From Holophagaceae bacterium (GTDB lineage: Bacteria; Acidobacteriota; Holophagae; Holophagales; Holophagaceae), in contig JANYAS010000079.1 of assembly GCA_025361205.1 (NCBI GenBank), positions 488 to 64,487 of the forward strand: a stretch of DNA of 64,000 bases, given 5' to 3'. The notes under the pieces were generated by a model. That model worked only from the letters and a program-made list of their open reading frames with translations. It was not told the DNA's origin and ran no database searches. This document shows positions 17,405-26,877 of the stretch, in pieces; positions within the stretch are counted from its first letter, which is position 1, and every line of letters begins with the position of its first letter. The position numbers and the translations under genes were made by a program.

Positions 17405-18709
17405 ATGTTCAGGAAAGCCATTCCAGGGCAGGCAATCGCATTGACGCTCAGTTTCCTGACCATGGCGTGCAGGACTCCAGTCGAAGAAACGCACAGGTCT
17501 TCCGACCCGGCCGCGCAGCCGAAGGTCGCCAAGACAGCCAAGGACTCGGACGTCCGGCGTGCTGCGGCGGAAAAGCTGACGGACCAGGCCGTCCTGGCCT
17601 TACTCGCCACCACCGACACGGAACCGGAGGTGCGCAGGGTCGCGGTGGAACGGCTGACGGATCAGGCTGTCCTGGCCCGAGTAGCCAAGAGCGATCCGGA
17701 TTCGGGGGTGCGCGAAACCGCTGTGAAGAAGCTGACGGACCAAAGCTTCTTGGCGCAACTCGCGTTGACTGACGAGGAAGTGAAGGCTCGCCAGCCTGCG
17801 ATGACGGAGGTGGCAGCTCCCGTTTCCAAGACGGCCGCCGCGGGCTCCAAGGCAAGGCAGATCGATGCGGAGAAACCGGCGGGCTTGGTCGTCCGGGCCC
17901 AACCCGCCGGGGCCGAGGGGGAATCCGTGAAACCCAAGCCCGCCGAGGCAAAGCTGCCGGAGCCGGTGGCCGCAGCCCAGGACGCCGTGGCGACCAAGGA
18001 TCCCGGGAACCAGCCTGTCGATGGCGTCTATCTGGCGGGCCAAGTCGTCACGGCCCAACCCGCCCGGGTCGAGGCGGGAGCCAAGGTGCTCAAGCCCGCC
18101 GAGGTGCAACTGAAGGACCAGGTTGCCCTGGCCCATGCGGCCAAGACGGCTCCAGACTCCGCTGCACGGCGGGCCGCGGTGTTGCAGCTGATGGACCAGG
18201 CCGCCCTCAACCAGATCGCCCGGGGCGATGTGGATTGGAGTGTCCGCATGGCGGCCGTGCAAAGACTGACGGACCAGGGCGTCCTCGGCCAAGTCGCCAT
18301 CTCCGACTTGGACGCCGACGTGCGCAAGGTGGCTGTCAGCCTCCTGACCTTTCAGGCCGCCCTGGCCCGGGTTGCCGGCAGCGATAAGGATTGGAGCGTG
18401 CGCAGGGCCGCGGTGGAGAGACTGACGGACCAAGGCGCCCTGGCCCGAATCGCCACGAGCGATGACGATGCGGACCTCCGCAAGCTCGCGGTGAGCCTGC
18501 TGACAAACCAGGCTGCCCTGGGCCGGGTGGCTAGGAGCGACAGGGATTGGAGCGTACGCAAGGCCGCCGTGGAGCGGCTGACGGACCAGGCCGCCTTGGC
18601 TCAGGTCGCCTCAAGCGACGAGGATGCAGACATTCGCAAGCTCGCCGTGAGCAAGTTGACGGATCCGGCCGCTTTGGCCCGGGTCGTTCGGGGCAAGAGC
18701 GGTGGTTGA
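17405..18709 (+). CDS. Exported (possibly lipoprotein) helical-repeat protein, HEAT/LRV-like 26-aa repeats
   Basis: About 11 copies of DQAALARVA.SD.DWSVR.AAV.RLT; signal peptide ending LTMAC; GAGGTG RBS. Confidence 0.75.
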   Translation: MFRKAIPGQAIALTLSFLTMACRTPVEETHRSSDPAAQPKVAKTAKDSDVRRAAAEKLTDQAVLALLATTDTEPEVRRVAVERLTDQAVLARVAKSDPDSGVRETAVKKLTDQSFLAQLALTDEEVKARQPAMTEVAAPVSKTAAAGSKARQIDAEKPAGLVVRAQPAGAEGESVKPKPAEAKLPEPVAAAQDAVATKDPGNQPVDGVYLAGQVVTAQPARVEAGAKVLKPAEVQLKDQVALAHAAKTAPDSAARRAAVLQLMDQAALNQIARGDVDWSVRMAAVQRLTDQGVLGQVAISDLDADVRKVAVSLLTFQAALARVAGSDKDWSVRRAAVERLTDQGALARIATSDDDADLRKLAVSLLTNQAALGRVARSDRDWSVRKAAVERLTDQAALAQVASSDEDADIRKLAVSKLTDPAALARVVRGKSGG

Positions 18710-18718
18710 AACGAGTCA

Positions 18719-18741
18719 GGACCGGCGTTTTCGCCGGGTCC
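18719..18741. terminator. Hairpin after repeat-protein gene
   Basis: GGACCGGCG-TTTT-CGCCGGGTCC. Confidence 0.35.
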
Positions 18742-18840
18742 AGATTCACGCGATGGGCCCAGCGGGCTTGATCCCATCCCCGGCCCTGCCAGGGTGGAAG
18801 GGTGTCATTCCCAGGACGGACACCTTCGGAAGGCCCCTCC

Positions 18841-21663
18841 ATGTCCCGCACGTTCCGCCCTGGTCAGCGATGGATCAGTACCAGCGAACCCGAATTGGGG
18901 CTGGGGGTGGTGCGGGCCATCGCCCTTCACACCATCACCCTTCGCTTCGGGGCCAGCGGGGAGACCCGGGAATACGGTCGGGAGCAGGCGCCCCTGCAGC
19001 GGATCCGCTTCAGGGTGGGGGACGGAATCCAGGACCGGGAGGGTCGATCCCTCCTCGTCCAGCGGGTTCGAGAGGCCGACGGCACCGTCGTTTACGGGGG
19101 TGAGGGTTGGGAACTGCCGGAAGTGGAGCTCAGCGATACGCTCAGCTTTGATGAGCCCGAGGCACGGCTGCTGGCGGGCCAGTTCGATCCTCCGGCGGCC
19201 TTCGAGCTCCGGGTGGCGGCCCTCAAACAGCAGCACCGTCGCCGGATTTCCAAGGTGCGGGGCTTCGCGGGCGGGCGGATCCAGCTCATCCCGCACCAGC
19301 TGGGCATCGCCGCAGATGTCACGGAACGGCTGGCGCCCCGGGTCCTGCTCGCCGACGAGGTGGGTCTGGGCAAGACCATCGAAGCCTGCCTCATCCTGCA
19401 TCGGCTCATCGCCACGGGCCGGGTGAAGCGGGCCCTGATCCTGGTGCCCGAGTCCCTCGTTCACCAGTGGTTCGTGGAGCTGCTACGCCGCTTCAACCTC
19501 TGGTTTGCCATCTACGACGAGGCCCGGTGCGCCGATCCGGAGACGCCGGAGGGCAACCCCTTCTTGGACGCCCAGCTGGTGCTCTGCAGCCTTGGCCTCC
19601 TGAGCGGCGAAGGTCCGCGCCTCCAACAGGCCCTGGCGGCGGGCTGGGATCTGCTCGTGGTGGACGAGGCTCACCACTTGGGCTGGTCCCCCGAGGCCAG
19701 CAGCCCGGAGTACGCGGCCGTGGAGGCCCTGGGGAGCCGAACCCCGGGCCTGCTGCTGCTCACGGCCACGCCGGAGCAGCTGGGCATGCCCGGGCACTTT
19801 GCGCGCCTGCGGCTGCTGGATCCAGACCGCTACGCCGATCTGGGCACCTTCCTCCAGGAAGCGGAGCAGTACCGGGAGGTCGCCCGCCTGGCGGACCACT
19901 TGCTGCTGGGTCAGGCGCTGGACCCGGCCCAGGTGAGCCGCTTGGCAGCGCTGCTCGCCGAGCCGGTAGCCGACCTGCAAGACCGCCTGGTGAACCTATC
20001 GGACCCGGCCCGCCAGGCCCTGATCGCGCAGCTGGTGGATCGCCACGGCACGGGCCGGGTCATGTTCCGGAATACCCGCGCCACCATCCGTGGCTTTCCC
20101 CCGCGCAGAGCCCACCTGGTCCCCTTGGCGGCTGACAATCCAGGGCTGGCTCTGCTGAGGAAGGAATGGGCCAGCGACGCCTCCGGCACTTGGCGAATGG
20201 ATCTCGCCGGGGACCGTCGCACGGCCTGGCTCTCCGGGCTCCTGGGCATCCTCGGCGAGGCGAAGGTGCTGGTCATCTGTCGCACCCGGCCCAAGGCCGA
20301 GGCCCTGGAAGCGGACCTGCGGCAGCGCCTCACCGTGAAGCTGGCCCTCTTTCACGAGGGCCTGTCCCTGGTGCAGCGGGACCGCGGAGCCGCCTGGTTC
20401 GCCGAGGCGCACGGGGCGCGCCTCCTGATCTGCTCCGAAATCGGCAGCGAAGGGCGGAACTTCCAGGCCGCCCATCACCTGGTCCTCTTCGACCTGCCCC
20501 TGGATCCCGCCCTGCTGGAACAGCGGATCGGGCGCCTGGACCGCATCGGGCAGAGGGCCGATATCCAGATTTATGTACCCTTTGTCGAGGGGAGTCCGCA
20601 GGAGATCCTAGCCCGCTGGTACCACGAGGGTCTGAATGCCTTCGAGGCGCCGGTGCATGGGGCGGGCGAACTGCTGGCGCGCTTCGGCGATCGGATCCAG
20701 GCGCTGGCCTTGCGCCCGGACCGGGGCGCCCTGGAGCGCCTGATCGCCGATACGCGCAGGGCCCATGGGGCGATCCGCGCCCGTCTGGAGCAGGGCCAGG
20801 ACCGCCTGCTGGAGCTGAATATCGGCCGGCCGGAACGGGCGGCCAGCCTGGTTCAGGCGATCCAGGCCCAGGACAGCGACCGATCCCTGGACGACTTCCT
20901 GCTGTCCGTCCTGGACCACGCCTGCATCGAGGTGGAAGAAGTGGCGCCCCGGACCTACCATCTCGGCTCCGCGGGGGTGCTGGAGGACGCCTTCCCGGGG
21001 CTGCCCACCGAAGGGCTCACGGTCACCTGCGACCGGGCCCGGGCCCTGGCCCGGGAGGACCTACCCTTCCTGACCTGGGACCACCCCCTGGTGTCGGGGG
21101 CCTTCGATCTCGTGCTGGGCTCGGGCCAGGGCAACAGCGGCTTCGCCCACTGGCCGGACGCCACCCCGGGCCTGTACCTGGAGGCGATCTATGTGCTGGA
21201 GACCATCGCGCCTTCGCACCTGCATGCCGACCGCTTCTTGCCTCCCACGCCCTTGAGGGTGCTGGTGGACCACCAGCGTCAGGATCTGAGCCGCACCCTG
21301 ACCCGCGCATCCTATGTGCGACGGCTGAAGGATGCGGGCACCCATGCGCTGCTGGACCAGGCCACCTTTCGCGAATCCGTGCTTCCGCGCATGATCACCT
21401 GCGCCCACGGCCTCGCCCAAGGGCGCGTGCCCGACCTGATCGCCCGGGCCCGCCAAGCCTTGACCGAGCAACTGGGCCTGGAGGAAGCGCGCCTGAGGGC
21501 GCTGCAAAAGGTGAACCCCGGCGTCCGCCCGGAGGAGATCACCCTACTGGTCCAGCAGCGACAGGACCTCGACCACCACCTCGCCACCGCCCGCCTGCGC
21601 CTGGACGCCCTTCGGCTCATCCATCGGGGAGCGGCGACTCCTACCCGAGGCGCCCGTCCCTAA
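18841..21663 (+). CDS. rapA: RNA polymerase-associated SWI2/SNF2 ATPase RapA
   Basis: GQRWISTSEPELGLG N-terminus, LADEVGLGKTIEA, VDEAHH, SEIGSEGRNFQ, EQRIGRLDRIGQ. Confidence 0.93.
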   Translation: MSRTFRPGQRWISTSEPELGLGVVRAIALHTITLRFGASGETREYGREQAPLQRIRFRVGDGIQDREGRSLLVQRVREADGTVVYGGEGWELPEVELSDTLSFDEPEARLLAGQFDPPAAFELRVAALKQQHRRRISKVRGFAGGRIQLIPHQLGIAADVTERLAPRVLLADEVGLGKTIEACLILHRLIATGRVKRALILVPESLVHQWFVELLRRFNLWFAIYDEARCADPETPEGNPFLDAQLVLCSLGLLSGEGPRLQQALAAGWDLLVVDEAHHLGWSPEASSPEYAAVEALGSRTPGLLLLTATPEQLGMPGHFARLRLLDPDRYADLGTFLQEAEQYREVARLADHLLLGQALDPAQVSRLAALLAEPVADLQDRLVNLSDPARQALIAQLVDRHGTGRVMFRNTRATIRGFPPRRAHLVPLAADNPGLALLRKEWASDASGTWRMDLAGDRRTAWLSGLLGILGEAKVLVICRTRPKAEALEADLRQRLTVKLALFHEGLSLVQRDRGAAWFAEAHGARLLICSEIGSEGRNFQAAHHLVLFDLPLDPALLEQRIGRLDRIGQRADIQIYVPFVEGSPQEILARWYHEGLNAFEAPVHGAGELLARFGDRIQALALRPDRGALERLIADTRRAHGAIRARLEQGQDRLLELNIGRPERAASLVQAIQAQDSDRSLDDFLLSVLDHACIEVEEVAPRTYHLGSAGVLEDAFPGLPTEGLTVTCDRARALAREDLPFLTWDHPLVSGAFDLVLGSGQGNSGFAHWPDATPGLYLEAIYVLETIAPSHLHADRFLPPTPLRVLVDHQRQDLSRTLTRASYVRRLKDAGTHALLDQATFRESVLPRMITCAHGLAQGRVPDLIARARQALTEQLGLEEARLRALQKVNPGVRPEEITLLVQQRQDLDHHLATARLRLDALRLIHRGAATPTRGARP

Positions 21664-21673
21664 ATCGGTAGGG

Positions 21674-22420
21674 TCAGCAGCCCCGCCGCCGTGCTTCGGA
21701 CACGAGGTAGAGGCCCAGATCCACCGGGTCCACGGGGAGGTGGGGCAGGCCCGCCACGAAGCCCGGACGACCCACCCGGTCATCGAGGGGGGCCTGGGGG
21801 CAGAGGGTCTGGAACCGCGCGACCAGCAGGCCAAGGTTCGCCAGGGTCGCGGGACGCATCTCGGCGCCCAGGCACTGGTAGCTCATGCGGTGTTCATAGA
21901 CCATCAGATCCGGCTGGCCGTCCCCCCGCTGCACCAGGAGAAAGGGCTCCTTGGCGTGGGTGCTGTGCTCCTGCACCTTCTCCACCGATTTGGTCAGGAG
22001 GAGGCCCCCGCTGAGGACGGCCCGCCCCAGGTTGAAGCGGGTTTCCTTCGTCTTCAGGACTTGGGTGGAGGTGTGGATTCGCGCCCCCCGTTGCAGGAGG
22101 CGCACCGCCGCCGCGGGACAGGTATGGGAGTCGCCCTTCGCGTCCTGGACCCGGAACCCCCCCGGCTCCCAGGTCAGGTTTCGCACCACCACGCGAGCCT
22201 CGTCTGTGGGCACCGTCGCAGGTTCCGCCGCCCAGGCCACGAACCCTTCGGACGCCAGGGCCGCCGCGAAGGCTTCCCCCTCCAAGGAATTCCGCAGGAG
22301 GATCCGTGGCAGGGTGCCCGCCAGAAGTCGCGTGGCATCTGCCAGGGCCAGACCGCTCAGTTGGGCCGCCCGAGACAGGGCCTCGGTCTGCTCAGGGATA
22401 CGGCCCACGACCATAAACAT
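21674..22420 (-). CDS. Hypothetical protein
   Basis: 248-aa ORF with host-like codon use filling the gap between rapA and acuC. Confidence 0.6.
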   Translation of the reverse strand: MFMVVGRIPEQTEALSRAAQLSGLALADATRLLAGTLPRILLRNSLEGEAFAAALASEGFVAWAAEPATVPTDEARVVVRNLTWEPGGFRVQDAKGDSHTCPAAAVRLLQRGARIHTSTQVLKTKETRFNLGRAVLSGGLLLTKSVEKVQEHSTHAKEPFLLVQRGDGQPDLMVYEHRMSYQCLGAEMRPATLANLGLLVARFQTLCPQAPLDDRVGRPGFVAGLPHLPVDPVDLGLYLVSEARRRGC

Positions 22421-22464
22421 GCAGCGAGTATGGGCTACGGCACCAAGGGGTAGTCTGGAAACAA

Positions 22465-23598
22465 CTAAAACCAGAGGGGGCAGAGGGAGTCCAACAACCG
22501 CGCGACGACATCCCGGTTGCGGCGGGTCCGCGCCTCTCGGCCCCCCAGTTCTGGGAAGGTCTGCTCAGAGTCGTGCAGATTTTGTCCGACGGCCGGACCG
22601 AGGACGGTGCGCCAGCGTTCCAGCCAGTCCGGGGGCAACTTCTGGGGCACTGGGAGCTCCATCACCGTGAGGTAGAGAAGCGCCCAGACCCGGGCCACGA
22701 CCTGGGCTTCGTAGCCCCCGCCCAGGGTGAAGAGCACCCGGCCCTGGGTGTGGGTATCCGCCAGTTCAAGGATGCGACGGTAGAGGGTCTGGAAGGTCTG
22801 CGTGGTGAGGGCGAGGTCCCCCAGGGGATCGTCGAAGTGCGCATCTGCGCCCGCCTGGACCACCAATACATGCGGCGAAAACCAGTCCAGGGCCCGGGGT
22901 ACCACCGCCTCGAAGGCCTCCAGATAGTCCTCGGCGCCGGTGAAGGGCTCCAGGGGGACGTTCACCGAGAGACCCCGGGCGGTGCCACCGCCCAGTTCCT
23001 GGATGTGGCCCGTGCCGGGATAGAGGTAGTGTCCGGATTCGTGGAAGCTGAGGGTGAGCACCCGCTCGTTGTCATAGAACAGGTTCTGAACCCCATCCCC
23101 GTGGTGCAGGTCGATGTCCAGGTAGGCCACGCGGTAGCCGTGATCCACCAGGGCCTGGATGGCCACGGCCAGGTCGTTGTAGAGGCAGAAGCCTTCGGCG
23201 CGGCCCCTCTGGGCGTGATGCAGTCCCCCGCCCAATTGGAGAACTCGCCGCTCGGAGGCCGCCATGAGCAGCCGGGCGCCATGGAGGGTCCCGCCCACCA
23301 GCCACCGGGCGGCCCGATCCATGCCGGGGAAGATGGGATTGTCCGGCGTGCCCAGGCCGAACTGGTCCGCTTCGGGCCGGGCCTCGCCTCGGTCCAGGGC
23401 CTCGACCGTGGCCACGTAGGCTTCGTCGTGGATGGAAAGGATCTCTTCCCGGGTGGCTGCCGGGGCCGCGATGGGCGACACCGGTCCCCCCAGGGATTGG
23501 AGCAGGTCCAGGAGCATGGCCAGCCGTGCCGGCGTGAAGGGATGCTCCGGACCGAAGTCGTACCCGGCATACTCCGGGCGGTAAATCAGGGCGGCCAT
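22465..23598 (-). CDS. acuC: Acetoin utilization protein AcuC / Zn-dependent lysine deacetylase
   Basis: YDFGPEHPF.P.R, GGGLHHA, GFCLYND, DIDLHHGDG, QAGADAH..DPL. Confidence 0.9.
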   Translation of the reverse strand: MAALIYRPEYAGYDFGPEHPFTPARLAMLLDLLQSLGGPVSPIAAPAATREEILSIHDEAYVATVEALDRGEARPEADQFGLGTPDNPIFPGMDRAARWLVGGTLHGARLLMAASERRVLQLGGGLHHAQRGRAEGFCLYNDLAVAIQALVDHGYRVAYLDIDLHHGDGVQNLFYDNERVLTLSFHESGHYLYPGTGHIQELGGGTARGLSVNVPLEPFTGAEDYLEAFEAVVPRALDWFSPHVLVVQAGADAHFDDPLGDLALTTQTFQTLYRRILELADTHTQGRVLFTLGGGYEAQVVARVWALLYLTVMELPVPQKLPPDWLERWRTVLGPAVGQNLHDSEQTFPELGGREARTRRNRDVVARLLDSLCPLWF

Positions 23599-23602
23599 GG
23601 GA

Positions 23603-24238
23603 TCAGTTCGGCCAGGGTTTCGGGGGTGGCCACAGGATCTCGAAATCCACGGCCCGCAGCGCCTCGGCCAGGGGCCGGCCCTGGTTCGAGTCCACCCTCA
23701 GCACTGTGCGTAGGGCGCCGCCGGGGCCGGGGCCGGGGCAGGTGAGGATGGAATGGATGTTGATGTTCCGGCTCGCCAGGAAGGCCGTGAGGCGGGCCAA
23801 TTCCCCCGGCTGATCCGCCAGGGCCACCTCCAACCGCGAGGAGGGCTTGGTGACGCCGGTGAGGAGGATGAGCGCGTCCAGGATATCCATGCCGGTGAGG
23901 ATGCCCACGAGCTCGGCTCCATCCATGACCGGGAGGCAGCCGATCTTGTGGGCGCGCATGATCCGGGCGGCATCCTCCACTGGATCCAGTGGGTCGGCGG
24001 TCAGCACGGGGCTGGTCATGGCCGTGGAGACCGGGTCCCCGGCGGTGTGGGGGGTGCCCGAGAGGTTGCTGGTGGTGGCGCGCAGGTCCCGGTCCGTAAG
24101 GACGCCAACCAGGCGGCCCTGGTCCACCACGGGCAGGTGCCGGATGCCCCGGGATTGGAAGAGGCCAAAGGCTTCCCCAAGGGTGGTTCCGGTGGGGATC
24201 ACCGTCACCGGACTCCGCATGATGTCTTTTACGAGCAA
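23603..24238 (-). CDS. acuB: CBS + ACT domain protein (AcuB)
   Basis: VKDIMRSPV, IRHLPVV, IGCLPV CBS pair; LADQPGELARL ACT domain; TTG start behind GAGGAGG. Confidence 0.85.
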   Translation of the reverse strand: MLVKDIMRSPVTVIPTGTTLGEAFGLFQSRGIRHLPVVDQGRLVGVLTDRDLRATTSNLSGTPHTAGDPVSTAMTSPVLTADPLDPVEDAARIMRAHKIGCLPVMDGAELVGILTGMDILDALILLTGVTKPSSRLEVALADQPGELARLTAFLASRNINIHSILTCPGPGPGGALRTVLRVDSNQGRPLAEALRAVDFEILWPPPKPWPN

Positions 24239-24273
24239 GGCGGTCCTCCTCGAAATGGTTCCAAGTCAGGGGT

Positions 24274-26715
24274 TTAAGGGGTGCGGAAACCGACCTGGGA
24301 GAAAGTCATGATCAGGTCGGGTTGCAGCGGCAGGGGGTGTCCGGGGCCGGTGTCTTCGGGCGGGACCAGGATCTGGGCCTCCAGGCTGAAGAGCCAGGGC
24401 AGTTCCTCCACCAACTGGGTCAACCGACCCAGGGTTTCGGCCAGGCCGCACAAGGGGTGCAGGTGCAGCCGCTCGAGGACATCGGCGATGTCGAGGTCGG
24501 TGAGGGGGGTGATGCGCAAGATGGAGTCCGCGTGGGATCGGTGGAACCGCCAGATGGGGCCGAAATCCGGATCCACCGAGAGGCCCAGGGTGACTGGCAT
24601 CCCTCCAGGGACGCCGGGTTCGGGATCCGCGATGGCGAGGCCGAAGTGGGCCAGGAGTGCCTGGGACTGGGTTGCCGTAAAGGTCGAAGGTCCAGCGCCC
24701 TCCGCGAGCCCCTCGATGTGTTGTTCCACGCGCTGCCTGGCTTGTCCTGCCTCCAGATCCTCATAGCTGAGGATCCGGCCCGGGGGCTGCATGCGGACCT
24801 CGGCGTACTCCACCACCTTGGAGAGCGCCAGGGCCGCCGACTCCGGGAATCGATACGAAGGGAAGGTCCGGTGCACCCCGCCGCTTTCGCCCAGGGAACT
24901 GGCCCCCACGGCCACCGCACCGCTGACTCCCATCAGGGACAGCAGGGTCGGTTTGGGGATGCCGGTGCTTCGCTCCGCCCGCACCGCGGCCCGCCGGATG
25001 GCCCGGGCCACCAGGGTGGGATCACAGGCCCCCACGCAGGCGAAGGTGGCGATGAGAGCGTCCACCTCTGGGTGTTCGAGGGCCTCCAGGCAGGCCCGTT
25101 CATAGTGTTCCGGGGTGGCCAGGGCATGCAGATTCATCAGGCCGGGACCGGAGATGCGCATGCCCCGGGACTCGCAGGCATCCGCGCAGATCGTGGCCAC
25201 CCCGCCGGAGTTGCTGACTACGGCCACGCGATTCCCCCGGGGCAGGGGCTGGTGGGATAGCAGCAGGGCAATGTCGAACAACTCCTCCAGGGTGTCGGCC
25301 CGGATCACGCCGGCCTGGTGGAACAGCGCCTCGACCTCCGCATCGTTTTGGGGGCTGGCCCCGATGTGGGCCTGGGCCATGCGCCGGCCCGCATGGCTCC
25401 GGGCAGACTTCACGCACAGCACTGGCTTCCGGCGGGAGATCCGGCGGGCCAGCCGGGCGAAGCGGCGGGGATTGCCGAAGGTCTCCAGGTAGAGCAGGGC
25501 CACGTCCGTATCCGGATCCTCTTCCCAGTACTGGAGCAGGTCATTCCCCGAGACATCCGCCCGATTGCCCGCCGACACGAAGGTGGAGAAACCCAGGCCC
25601 CGCTCCGCCGCGTATTGCAGGATCACCACCCCCAGGGCCGCAGAATGGCTGAAGAAGCCCACCCGCCCCCGGGGGGGCATGGTTGTGGCCAGGCTGGCGT
25701 TCAACTGCACGGCCGGGTTCGTGTTCAAGAGGCCGAGGCAGTTGGGCCCCACCAGCCGCGCGCCCCGGCTGCGCACCAGGCGCACCAGGCGCTGCTGCCG
25801 CCGGGCTCCGTCCGGACCGGCTTCGGCAAAGCCGGCCGCGAGCACCAGCAAGCCCCGGGCCCCCTTGTCGAGGGCCTCCTTCGCCAGGGGGATGACTTTA
25901 CCGGCTGGGACCGCCAGGACCACCAGATCGGGGGCCTCCGGCAGGGAGTCCAGGGAGGGATAGGCGCGCACCCCCTCGATGGCCCGGGCCTCGGGGTTGA
26001 CCGGGTAGACCGCGCCCTGGAATCGGCTCTGGAGGATGTGGCGGAAGATGGCGTTGCCGATGGAGGCGGGATTCCGGGAGGCGCCCACCACGGCCACGGT
26101 TTCGGGCCGCAGCAGAGGCACCAGGGAATTGGCCGCCGCCACCCGCTCCCGGACCTCCGCCCGCTCCCGCTGGGCCTGGGGGGCGCTCAGGGGGAAGTGC
26201 ACATGGATGACCCCGCCCTCCATGGCCCGCCGGGTCTCGAAGCCCGAATCCCGGAACACATTGGTCATTTTGTCGTTTCTGAACAGCACGTACGCCTCGA
26301 AGCCCACATAGCCGGCGCCCGCGGCGATCCCCGCCAGGCGTTCGAGAATCAAGGAGCCGATGCCACGACCCTGATGCTCATCCGCGACCATGAAGCTGAC
26401 CTCCGCGACGGCCCCCCCATTGCCCACGTAGTCTCCCAGCCCCAGCACGCGCTCCTCGGCCCCCTCGCCCTCCACGGCCAGGAGGCAGGCGCGCTGGTGC
26501 GGATGGTCATCACAGAGCTCCTCCACGAACTTGCGGGAGACGCGGGATATGCCACCCATGAATCTCAGGGCCAGCGCCTCTCGGGAGAGGCTCTGGATGA
26601 AGACCTCCACCCGATCCGCATCCTCGGGCAAGGCGATGCGAAGGAGGATCCCCTGGCCGTCCTTCAGCAGGACGAATTCCCGGTAGCCGGCGCCGTCAGG
26701 GATGATGCTGAACAC
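24274..26715 (-). CDS. Protein lysine acetyltransferase (Pat/PatZ-like): N-terminal GNAT fused to an acyl-CoA ligase-like domain
   Basis: VADEHQGRGIGSLILERL GNAT; PETVAVVGASR, YPVNP, GPNCLG, FVSAGNRADVS, VSNSGG; start GTG 26715 (uncertain). Confidence 0.85.
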   Translation of the reverse strand: MFSIIPDGAGYREFVLLKDGQGILLRIALPEDADRVEVFIQSLSREALALRFMGGISRVSRKFVEELCDDHPHQRACLLAVEGEGAEERVLGLGDYVGNGGAVAEVSFMVADEHQGRGIGSLILERLAGIAAGAGYVGFEAYVLFRNDKMTNVFRDSGFETRRAMEGGVIHVHFPLSAPQAQRERAEVRERVAAANSLVPLLRPETVAVVGASRNPASIGNAIFRHILQSRFQGAVYPVNPEARAIEGVRAYPSLDSLPEAPDLVVLAVPAGKVIPLAKEALDKGARGLLVLAAGFAEAGPDGARRQQRLVRLVRSRGARLVGPNCLGLLNTNPAVQLNASLATTMPPRGRVGFFSHSAALGVVILQYAAERGLGFSTFVSAGNRADVSGNDLLQYWEEDPDTDVALLYLETFGNPRRFARLARRISRRKPVLCVKSARSHAGRRMAQAHIGASPQNDAEVEALFHQAGVIRADTLEELFDIALLLSHQPLPRGNRVAVVSNSGGVATICADACESRGMRISGPGLMNLHALATPEHYERACLEALEHPEVDALIATFACVGACDPTLVARAIRRAAVRAERSTGIPKPTLLSLMGVSGAVAVGASSLGESGGVHRTFPSYRFPESAALALSKVVEYAEVRMQPPGRILSYEDLEAGQARQRVEQHIEGLAEGAGPSTFTATQSQALLAHFGLAIADPEPGVPGGMPVTLGLSVDPDFGPIWRFHRSHADSILRITPLTDLDIADVLERLHLHPLCGLAETLGRLTQLVEELPWLFSLEAQILVPPEDTGPGHPLPLQPDLIMTFSQVGFRTP

Positions 26716-26877
26716 AGGGTGCCTCAAGGTTCGGGTGCGACGCGACCACCCTACCACGGCCTTCCGGCGCGTGTTTCCCCCCGCGAGCCTTTCTTCGGCT
26801 TGTCCTGTTTCGTCTCGTACTGCGGATCGGGTCCATCATAAAAGGGATCCCATCGCCTCATCGCCCAGGAGATCCCC

